The position numbers and the translations under genes were made by a program. The notes beneath the pieces were generated by a model that saw only the letters and a list, made by a program, of their open reading frames with translations, searched no databases and was not told the DNA's origin. From Dehalococcoidia bacterium SM23_28_2 (lineage in GTDB: Bacteria; Chloroflexota; Dehalococcoidia; SM23-28-2): DNA of 53,467 nucleotides. Location: contig LJUA01000002.1 of assembly GCA_001303545.1 (NCBI GenBank), positions 1 to 53,467 of the forward strand, given 5' to 3'. This document shows, one piece after another, positions 31,156 through 38,510 of this stretch; position 1 is the stretch's first letter; each line of letters starts with the position of its first letter.

Positions 31156-31488
31156 CTAGTTCTCGCTGCCCCCTGCCGAGGTACGGCTCTCCACGGACTG
31201 GACCACTTTCTGGGCCTCGGCCGACACACCTGCCGCCGCACAGTCGCGGTAGGTGGCGAAGATAGCCCTGTCGAGGAAACGCACGCCCTCCGGCTTGAGT
31301 TGGGCCCTCTGTTGCTGGCGCAGGCTCAGCAAACCATTCAGCCGCCGCAGGAAGTGAAGCTGCAGGCTTGAATAGCGATCCTCCGCCCCTTCCAGCAAGG
31401 CGGCTAGATCATCTTTGATCTCATGCCGCGCACCCAAGTACTCCATGCCAGCCTTAACCTCGCTTGGAACAACCGCCACTAATAGCAT
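31156..31488 (-). CDS. Hypothetical protein of 110 aa, predicted helical
   Basis: ATG 31488 is preceded by GGGAGGTGA with 7-nt spacing, giving MLLVAVVPSEVKAGMEYLGARHEIKDDLAALLEGAEDRYSSLQLHFLRRLNGLL.... The track ORF 31156..31632 over-extends. Confidence 0.55.
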   Translation of the reverse strand: MLLVAVVPSEVKAGMEYLGARHEIKDDLAALLEGAEDRYSSLQLHFLRRLNGLLSLRQQQRAQLKPEGVRFLDRAIFATYRDCAAAGVSAEAQKVVQSVESRTSAGGSEN

Positions 31489-31946
31489 AGACCTTTCACC
31501 TCCCAAGGGGCAAGAGTATGTTGACAGACTATCGGTGAGAATTTGGTTGATAAGGGGAGAACATAGGAGGCAGAAAGCCCCTGTTGGCGGTAGCGATAAT
31601 ATGCCTCGTAGGCGTTGGCCACAGCCGTGCATGGGGCCTTCTGCGAAGGACAGACGTAGCGCTGCCTGATCTCCTCCACCGCTTCATGAGGGCCATCGCC
31701 TATGCTTCGACCGGCCAGCACTTCGTCGAGAAGCTTGGTCCCCAGGGATAGAACGCCTTTGACGGAGGTAATCAGGATGCTCCCGCTAGCTACTTCCGCT
31801 TCTAGCTCCACTGAGACCACGGATGAGGAGTCGCGCGGCGCCAGGCTGTGGGGCAGGCGGGCGTGACCCACGAAGATGACGGTTGTCTCGGTTCTCCGCG
31901 GCGAAACTCGGCCTTCCTGGGTGGGCGCGCGAGTTTTTATCTGCAT
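31479..31946 (-). CDS. DUF3870-like protein
   Basis: ...TVIFVGHARLPHSL...VELEAEVASGSILITSVKGVLSLGTKLLDEVLAGRSIGDG...AVEEIRQRYVCPSQKAPCTAVANAYEAYYRY... resembles DUF3870 family members (from memory). It has about 30 extra C-terminal residues and overlaps the next ORF by 10 nt. Confidence 0.55.
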   Translation of the reverse strand: MQIKTRAPTQEGRVSPRRTETTVIFVGHARLPHSLAPRDSSSVVSVELEAEVASGSILITSVKGVLSLGTKLLDEVLAGRSIGDGPHEAVEEIRQRYVCPSQKAPCTAVANAYEAYYRYRQQGLSASYVLPLSTKFSPIVCQHTLAPWEVKGLCY

Positions 31947-32124
31947 TCGCCCATCACCTTCCTTCCACCGTCAGGGTTGTCGGGATGCAACAGCGACGGC
32001 GCTGAGGCAACTTCTGTGAAGTACGTGAAAGGCCAGGGTCGGGCTGGTGGGATGGCCGCCGCTGACGGCTCGGCGGAGGGAGTGCTCGAGGTCCCCTTGC
32101 GCTTGGGATTCCGGACGCGATCTT

Positions 32125-35100
32125 CTAGCGTTCTGCTGGTTGCCCGCTCAAGCGACGGCGCCAGTCGTCCACCAGGCTGTAGACCACCGGGATCACCAGC
32201 AGGGTGAGGATGGTAGAGGTGAACAGCCCGCCGATGACTACCGTGCCCAGCTCGGCGGCGATGAGGACGCCCTCGTTGAGGCCCAGGGAGAGGGGGATGA
32301 GAGCGAAGATGGTGGCTATGGCGGTCATCAGGATGGGTCGGGCTCGGGCGCGTCCGCTGCGGATGAGGGCCTCGCGGGTGGGAAGGCCGCGCGCTCGTTG
32401 TTGCTCCACGAAGGTGATGAGGACGATGGCGTTGGTTACCACAATGCCGATGAGCATCAGGAAGCCGATCATCGCCGGCAGGCCGATCTCGCGCTGGGTG
32501 ATGAACAGGGCGAAGAAGCAGCCGATGGTGGCGAAGGGTAGGCTGGCCATGATGATCAAGGGGTTCACAACCGAGCCCAGGCTGGCAACCATGACGATGT
32601 AGACAACCAGGATGGCGAAGGCGAGGATAATGTACAGAGAAGCGAAGGCCTCCTCCTGCTCCTCGAAGATGCCACCCTTGCTGATTTCCACGCCGGCGGC
32701 CTTTTCCGCTTGAGCGATGGCGTCGTCTACCTTGCCGGAGACAGCGTTCAGGTTGTCGCTGGTGATGGTGCCGTAGATGGTGGCCGCTCGCCTCTGGTCG
32801 ACGCGGCTCACCTGTGCCCGTCTGTCGGTCACCGCTACCGTGGCCACGTCGCCCAGGGTGGGCGTTCCGCCTGGGGCCAGGGGCAGGGCGAGCAGATCGC
32901 CGTCGCTGCCGCTGCTGTCGTAGGCCACGCGCACGTAGACGTCGGTTGTGCGACCGTTTAGCTGCGCCTGAGTGGCCTCCTGGCCGAACAGGGCATCCCT
33001 CACCCGCTGCGACACGTCCTCGGCGCTGAGGCCGTAGGCTGAGGCCTTCTGGGAATCTACCTGCACCTCTATTTCGGGACGGGCAGACACCAGGTCACTG
33101 CTGACATTGGTCAGGTCTTCGATGGCCTTCAGGTTCAGGAGAAGCTGGTCATTAGCGTCCTGTAGGTCATCCAGGCTGTCGGCGGTGATGGTGATGTCCA
33201 CTTGGTCGGTCCCCGACACGCCGGACACCCGCTCCACGCTCACCTCTTTCTCGCCGGGCAGGGCGTTGAACTCGTCCCGCAGGCGCTCTACCTCTTCGTC
33301 CATGTCCACGCCGTCGGAGTAGCTGAGCCACATGTCGATGGTGCCGCTGGTGGGAAGGCGTCCGGAGCTCAGTTGGGCGGAGGCCAGTGCCCCACTGGGG
33401 TCAGGTTGCCCTATGATCAGGTCATAGGTCTCCAGGCCCTCTACCTGGCCCAAGATCTGCTCGATCTCCTGGGCCTTGGCGTCGGTGGTGGCCAGGCTGG
33501 TGCCGGCCGGCAGCTCGACTCTAGCGCTGATGGCATTGGGCCCTCCGCCCGGCAGGAAGCTGATGCCGATGAAGGGCAGAAGGGCAAAGCTGCCGATGAA
33601 CAAGATGATGCCGCCGGTGAGGGTGGCGAGGCGATGCCCCAAGGCCCAGCGGAGTATGGGGGTGTACATGCGTTGCAGCCAAATCTCTTCCTCCTCGTCC
33701 GGGCCGGGCGATGGGCGGGGTTGCTTGGAGGCAAAGGGAAGCAGCCGTCGCAGCCAGTCGGGGCGGCCGCGCTTCTCGGCTGCTACAGCCAGGAGGTAGC
33801 GGGCCAGGAGGGGCACCACCGTCAGGGCCACCAGCAGGGAGGCCAGCAGGGCGATGGTTACGGTGATGGCGAAGGAGAAGAAGACCTCGCCCACCAGCCC
33901 TCCGGCCAGGGCCAGGGGCAGGAAGACGGCCACCGTAGTGAGGGTGGAGGCGAAGACGGCTGTACCCACCTCGCGGGTGGCGGTGTAAGCAGCCTCCGAT
34001 AGCTTCTCGCCCTGACGGCTGTGGCGGTAGATGTTCTCCAGGACGACGATGCTATCGTCGACCACGCGGCCGATGGCCACCGTCAGGCCGGCCATGGTGA
34101 TTATGTTGAGGGTCATGCCCTGCCAGGCCAGAATGATGAGCGCTATGATGATGCTCAGGGGGATGGAGATGGCGGTCACCATAGTGGTGCGCAGGCCGGT
34201 GAGAAAGATGTAGATGACGATGACGGCAAAAAGAAACCCCAGGAGCCCCTCTCGTAGCAGGGCGTTGATTGACTCCTCGATGTAGTCTGACTGATCGAAC
34301 AGGGTGGCGATCTCTATGTCGTCGGCCAGCCGCTCGTTGAGTTGCTCGAGCTTATCCTGAACGTTGTTGGCCACCTCCACGGTGTTAGCATCGGCCTCTT
34401 TCACCACCGAGATGGCCAGACTGGGACGGCCGTTGGTGCGGCTGATGCTGGCGAAGGGGTCGGTGGCTATCTCAACCTGGCTGATGTCGCCCAGGAGAAC
34501 GGGCGACGCAGCCTCAGAGCTGGCCACCGCCAGGCCGCTGATGTCTTCCAGGGAAGTGTAGCGAGAGGTGGTGCGCACCGGCAGCACCTGCCCTTCGCTG
34601 TCGAAGATGATGCCGCTGGGGCTGGAGACGTTGTTCTCCTGCAGGGCCGTGACCACCTGCTCTGTGGTGAGCCCGTACTGGGCGAGCTCCTGGGGGTCTA
34701 GGGTGACCCAGACCTGCTGGGCGGCTGCACCCTCGATGGCCACGCGGGCGACACCGCCTACTTGCGCTATGAAGGGCAGCACGTCGCTGCGGGTTATCGT
34801 CTCCAGCTCGGAAACATCTCGCTCGCCGAAGACGGTGAAGAAGATGATGGGGAAGTCAGCAAGGTCGATGCGGTCAACGTTGGGCTGACTGGCGCCGCTG
34901 GGCAGGACAAGGTTGTCGACGCTGGCCGCGATCTCTTGCTCCATTTTATCCATGTCGGTGCCGTAGTCGAACTCGGCGATGACCACGGATAGGTTCTCGG
35001 TGGAGACGGATTGGAGCTCTTTGATCTCGCTGACGCCGGCGACGGCGTTCTCTACGGGTACGGTCACGTCGTCGAGGATGGCGTCGGGGCTGGCGCCGGG

Positions 35101-35265
35101 GTAGCTGGTAGCCACGGTGACCACCGGAAAGTCGATGTCGGGGAAGAGCTCCATCTTGAGGCGAAATACGGCGAGGACGCCTGCCACGATCACCAGAAGG
35201 GTGGCCAGGAAGACAACGGCCGGTCTGCTCAGGGCCAAACGGGTGATGCCGGTTATCCAGTCCAC
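32125..35265 (-). CDS. RND-superfamily efflux transporter (AcrB/HAE-like), about 1046 aa
   Basis: GTG 35265 gives VDWITGITRLALSRPAVVFLATLLVIVAGVLAVFRLKMELFPDIDFPVVTVATSYPGASP.... It has 12-TM architecture with two large loops. The track ORF start at 35388 lies inside marR. Confidence 0.88.
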   Translation of the reverse strand: MDWITGITRLALSRPAVVFLATLLVIVAGVLAVFRLKMELFPDIDFPVVTVATSYPGASPDAILDDVTVPVENAVAGVSEIKELQSVSTENLSVVIAEFDYGTDMDKMEQEIAASVDNLVLPSGASQPNVDRIDLADFPIIFFTVFGERDVSELETITRSDVLPFIAQVGGVARVAIEGAAAQQVWVTLDPQELAQYGLTTEQVVTALQENNVSSPSGIIFDSEGQVLPVRTTSRYTSLEDISGLAVASSEAASPVLLGDISQVEIATDPFASISRTNGRPSLAISVVKEADANTVEVANNVQDKLEQLNERLADDIEIATLFDQSDYIEESINALLREGLLGFLFAVIVIYIFLTGLRTTMVTAISIPLSIIIALIILAWQGMTLNIITMAGLTVAIGRVVDDSIVVLENIYRHSRQGEKLSEAAYTATREVGTAVFASTLTTVAVFLPLALAGGLVGEVFFSFAITVTIALLASLLVALTVVPLLARYLLAVAAEKRGRPDWLRRLLPFASKQPRPSPGPDEEEEIWLQRMYTPILRWALGHRLATLTGGIILFIGSFALLPFIGISFLPGGGPNAISARVELPAGTSLATTDAKAQEIEQILGQVEGLETYDLIIGQPDPSGALASAQLSSGRLPTSGTIDMWLSYSDGVDMDEEVERLRDEFNALPGEKEVSVERVSGVSGTDQVDITITADSLDDLQDANDQLLLNLKAIEDLTNVSSDLVSARPEIEVQVDSQKASAYGLSAEDVSQRVRDALFGQEATQAQLNGRTTDVYVRVAYDSSGSDGDLLALPLAPGGTPTLGDVATVAVTDRRAQVSRVDQRRAATIYGTITSDNLNAVSGKVDDAIAQAEKAAGVEISKGGIFEEQEEAFASLYIILAFAILVVYIVMVASLGSVVNPLIIMASLPFATIGCFFALFITQREIGLPAMIGFLMLIGIVVTNAIVLITFVEQQRARGLPTREALIRSGRARARPILMTAIATIFALIPLSLGLNEGVLIAAELGTVVIGGLFTSTILTLLVIPVVYSLVDDWRRRLSGQPAER

Positions 35266-35720
35266 GCGTATTGCTCCTGGCGGCGCAGGGCCCCGACGAT
35301 GATGGTCAGGGCCTGCTCGATGGTCTGCAGGTCGGCGCTGTCCATGCGGTCGAGGAGCTCGGACAGCCAGTCCTGGTGCGAGGCCCATAGCCTTTCGATG
35401 AGCTGATGGCCGTGGGTGGTCAGGCTGTTGACGATGCGGCGATGGTCGTGGCGGTCATGTCGGCGAGCGATGAGGCCTCGCTCCTTCAGCCGCTCGAGCA
35501 CGCCGTTCATGGTGGGCAGGGAGACGCCCACGGCCTCGGCCAGGCTGCTGCAGTCGAGAGAGCCGTCGACAAAGAGGGAGAAGAGCACCTTGAGCTGGGG
35601 CATGGTCAAGTCGACGCGGTTCCAATCGCGGGGGACCTGGTTGCGGGACGCCTTGAAGACCTCCTCGGAGAGGGACAGGATGCGCTCCGTTCGGTCGCGG
35701 TCTTGGACGGTCATCGGCAT
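35253..35720 (-). CDS. MarR-family transcriptional regulator
   Basis: 155 aa, ...LTMPQLKVLFSLFVDGSLDCSSLAEAVGVSLPTMNGVLERLKERGLIARRHDRHDHRRIVNSLTTHG...; the 3' end overlaps the RND start by 13 nt. Confidence 0.88.
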   Translation of the reverse strand: MPMTVQDRDRTERILSLSEEVFKASRNQVPRDWNRVDLTMPQLKVLFSLFVDGSLDCSSLAEAVGVSLPTMNGVLERLKERGLIARRHDRHDHRRIVNSLTTHGHQLIERLWASHQDWLSELLDRMDSADLQTIEQALTIIVGALRRQEQYAWTG

Positions 35721-35733
35721 TTATGGCGGCAAT

Positions 35734-35752
35734 ACTTAGGATTGTGCTAAGT
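35734..35752. promoter_or_regulatory. Inverted repeat, a candidate MarR operator
   Basis: ACTTAG-gattgtg-CTAAGT, 14-32 nt upstream of the marR ATG. Confidence 0.5.
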
Positions 35753-35828
35753 GTATTCGTCGGTCTTGGTGGAAGTCAAGCCCTCACAGCTTGAATTGCC
35801 CTGCGCGAAGGCGCCTTAGGCGGAGGCA

Positions 35829-35865
35829 ATAAGGAAGGCAGCCAGAGCGTGGCTGCCTTCCTTAT
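35829..35865 (-). terminator. 15-bp perfect hairpin downstream of the zinc-ribbon gene
   Basis: ATAAGGAAGGCAGCC-agagcgt-GGCTGCCTTCCTTAT. Confidence 0.65.
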
Positions 35866-35898
35866 CGTTACGGCGCAGGTGCCAGTAGGTGATCGATT

Positions 35899-36108
35899 CT
35901 ATAGCCGCAGCTTGCCGTGCGATGGCTGCCTTCGACGCTGGCGATGAGGTGCACCCTCTTCGGCCCGAAGCTCTTCGGCAGCCATAGCTCCGAACTCATG
36001 GACGTAGCCACAGCAGAGGCAAGAACTGTACGAACCGTACCAGTCCTCTTCCATGATCATGGAGCCACGACAGCGGGGACAGACTCTGGGAGGCGCAGAC
36101 TGCACCAC
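35899..36108 (-). CDS. Small C4 zinc-ribbon protein (69 aa), function unknown
   Basis: GTG start after GGGAAGGGGG. Sequence is VQSAPPRVCPRCRGSMIMEEDWYGSYSSCLCCGYVHEF..., with a basic tail RQRRRQPSHGKLRL. Confidence 0.55.
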   Translation of the reverse strand: MVQSAPPRVCPRCRGSMIMEEDWYGSYSSCLCCGYVHEFGAMAAEELRAEEGAPHRQRRRQPSHGKLRL

Positions 36109-36185
36109 TACTTCGACCCCCTTCCCTCAACCGCGTCGCCCAGAGGCTGATTCCTGCCTGGCCAAAGCAGGGCCTCGGGCGGCGC

Positions 36186-36358
36186 AAAAAAAGGCCTTTT
36201 GCCAGTAACCGCCGGCAAGGCCTTTCGTGCGCCTCCGAGGTTAGTTGACGGATTCGGGTTGAAAGGCTAACCCTACCCCGACGCTGTCGGGGATTCACCC
36301 CAGTATTTGGTCCCCCGTGTCGCCTGTGGCGACTTCGGCGCGGGCGATCGTGACTTCA
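36186..36358 (-). ncRNA. Candidate structured leader or small RNA of about 170 nt, class unknown, ending in an intrinsic terminator
   Basis: The minus strand carries consecutive hairpins GTCGCC-acag-GCGAC, CCCCGAC-agc-GTCGGGG and GGGTT-agcctttca-AACCC. A terminator GGCCTTGCC-ggcggttact-GGCAAAAGGCC follows, with TTTTTTT at 36186-36222. Confidence 0.45.
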
Positions 36359-36364
36359 ATCACA

Positions 36365-36393
36365 ATATTATCGCAATTGCAAAAACCTGTCAA
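36365..36393 (-). promoter_or_regulatory. Near-consensus sigma-70 promoter driving the structured RNA
   Basis: The minus strand has TTGACA (36393-36388), a 17-nt spacer and TAATAT (36370-36365). Confidence 0.6.
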
Positions 36394-36536
36394 GCAGATG
36401 CAAATAATCGGCTGTTGGCGGCCTTTGTGCGCCTATGGGCTGACCCTTGACTGAGCAAGGAGCGGATGATAACTTCAGCCCACCGATAACATCCTGGCGA
36501 CAGTCGGGCCCAGGCGCTAGGGGAGCAAGGCCAGCC

Positions 36537-37496
36537 GTGCAGCATTACATCGTCCGTCGCTCTCTTCTCAACGTCCTGGTGATCTTCATGGTCATCACCA
36601 TGGTCTTCCTTGCTCTGCGGGTGACGCCGGGCGACTTCGCCGTGCGTCAGGCGGGGGCCCAGATCCCCGACCGTTCAGCGGAAGAGGCGGAAGATATCGT
36701 CCGTCACGACCTGGGCCTGGATAAGCCCATGCCCAAGCAGTACTGGGACTTCGTGAGCGGTCTCTTTCGGGGGGATCTGGGCGACTCCTTCGTCAGCGGG
36801 CAGCCTGTCATGGTAGAGCTGAGGGAGCGATTGGCTCCCTCGATTGAGCTGGCGATCCTCCAGGTGGCGGTGGCAGTGCTGGTAGCTGTGCCCATAGGCA
36901 TTATCTCCGCCGTTCGGCAGGATACGTGGCTGGACTACGCTCTTCGCTTGTTCGCCATCTTCTGGCTGGCCGTACCGTCCTTCTTTGTGGGGGTGTTGCT
37001 CCTCTACGGTTTGGCCCGTTGGGCTCACTGGAGTCCGCCCATCACCAACTACAAGGGCTTCTTTGATGATCCTTTTCTGAACGTGCAGGCCATGGTTCTC
37101 CCAGCCGTAGCGGGGGGGCTAGCCATCGGCGCTATAATAATGCGGTTCTTGCGTTCGCAGATGCTGGAGGTGCTCCGTCAGGACTACATACGTACCGCTT
37201 GGGCGAAAGGCCTGCGGGAGCGAGTGGTAATTATGAGGCATGCCCTCAAGAATGCTCTTATTCCTGTTATTACCGTTATCTCCCTCCTCCTCGCCACCAT
37301 CGCCAGCGCCAATGTAGTCCTGGAGACCCTCTTTCAGCTGCCGGGCATTGGCTTCTACGTGGTCAATGCCATTCAGCAGTACGACTATCCGGTGGTCCAG
37401 GGAGTAGTGCTTCTGGTGGCCGCAGGTCTGGTGTTTGTCAACCTGCTGGTGGATGTCGCCTACGCCTGGCTGGACCCCCGGATTCGCTACGGCTAG
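36537..37496 (+). CDS. ABC transporter permease, peptide/nickel (DppB/OppB) family
   Basis: GTG 36537 follows GGGGAG, giving VQHYIVRRSLLNVLVIFMVITMVFLALRVTPGDF...RQDYIRTAWAKGLRERVVIMRHALKNALIPVITV.... The track ORF starts at 36447. Confidence 0.85.
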   Translation: MQHYIVRRSLLNVLVIFMVITMVFLALRVTPGDFAVRQAGAQIPDRSAEEAEDIVRHDLGLDKPMPKQYWDFVSGLFRGDLGDSFVSGQPVMVELRERLAPSIELAILQVAVAVLVAVPIGIISAVRQDTWLDYALRLFAIFWLAVPSFFVGVLLLYGLARWAHWSPPITNYKGFFDDPFLNVQAMVLPAVAGGLAIGAIIMRFLRSQMLEVLRQDYIRTAWAKGLRERVVIMRHALKNALIPVITVISLLLATIASANVVLETLFQLPGIGFYVVNAIQQYDYPVVQGVVLLVAAGLVFVNLLVDVAYAWLDPRIRYG

Positions 37497-37547
37497 CAGT
37501 CCGCTGAAAGGAGGTGTCCCCTGCTGGCGGGACACGAAGGGGCCGAG

Positions 37548-38483
37548 GTGGAGGTCCTCGTTGCCGCGGCGGCGGAGGTTGCTCCGCCGCGACGGCTCGG
37601 CTGGCTTTTCCTCGTCGGGCGCTTCATCCGGCGCAAGCCTCTGGGCGCCTTTGGGGTGGCGGTCGTCTTGCTGATGGCAGCGCTCGCCGCCGGTGCGCCC
37701 TGGCTCTCTCGGTACGATGCTGAGGAGACATTTCGGGTTGCCAACCCCAGCTATGTGCCTGGTTCGATGCAGCCGGCGGAGAGGTTGGACAGCCGCTCGG
37801 GCCCCAGCTTGAAGCACTGGTTTGGCACCGACCAGTTCGGCCGTGACAACTACTCGCGAGTGGTCTGGGGCGCCCGCCGCTCCCTGGGAGTGGGGCTGGG
37901 CGCGCTGCTGTTCGCCATCATCTTCGGCACAACCATTGGCATCGTCTCCGCCTACTTCCGCGGCTGGTTCGACATGCTCGTCCAGCGGGTCATGGACTCT
38001 ATCCAGGCCTTTCCTGCCATCCTGATCCTGCTGCTGCTGGTGAGCCTCACCGAGCGGAATCTGATCACGCTGACCATGGGCTTGGGCTTCGTGGTCATCA
38101 CCGGCGCCCAGCGTATTGTGCGCAGCGCCGTCCTTTCCGCTCGCGAGGACCCGCACGTGGAGGCAGCCAGGGCCATCGGCTGCTCTCCCTTCCGCCTGAT
38201 GGCTGTGCACATCCTGCCCAATGTGGCGGCGCCGATAATCATCATCTTCTCTATCGGCATTGCCGGTGTTATCCTGGCGGAGGCCGCTCTGGCCTTCCTG
38301 GGCCTGGCGCCTATCGAGCCGCCGTCTTGGGGCATGATGCTGGACGAAGGGCGGCGATACATGACCAGTCAGCCCTCGACCATGCTTGCCGGCGGAGCGG
38401 CGATAACCCTGACGGTGATGGGCTTCAACCTGGCGGGGGATGCCCTGCGCGATATCCTTGACCCTCGCATTCGCCTTACCTAG
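37548..38483 (+). CDS. ABC transporter permease, peptide/nickel (DppC/OppC) family
   Basis: 311 aa, ...HWFGTDQFGRDNYSRVVWGARRSL...HVEAARAIGCSPFRLMAVHILPNVAAPIII... Confidence 0.85.
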   Translation: MEVLVAAAAEVAPPRRLGWLFLVGRFIRRKPLGAFGVAVVLLMAALAAGAPWLSRYDAEETFRVANPSYVPGSMQPAERLDSRSGPSLKHWFGTDQFGRDNYSRVVWGARRSLGVGLGALLFAIIFGTTIGIVSAYFRGWFDMLVQRVMDSIQAFPAILILLLLVSLTERNLITLTMGLGFVVITGAQRIVRSAVLSAREDPHVEAARAIGCSPFRLMAVHILPNVAAPIIIIFSIGIAGVILAEAALAFLGLAPIEPPSWGMMLDEGRRYMTSQPSTMLAGGAAITLTVMGFNLAGDALRDILDPRIRLT

Positions 38484-38510
38484 AAGGCTTCTGGATAGGC
38501 GAAAGGAGGT

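Noticed and set aside
36186-36358. Assignment of the structured RNA to the guanidine-I (ykkC), cobalamin or c-di-GMP classes, based on short look-alike strings (ACACGGGGGA, GGUGAAUCCCC, GCGCACGAAAGGCC).
   Set aside because: Each resemblance covers only one short segment. The other obligatory conserved blocks of those families are absent, so the element is reported as unclassified rather than named.
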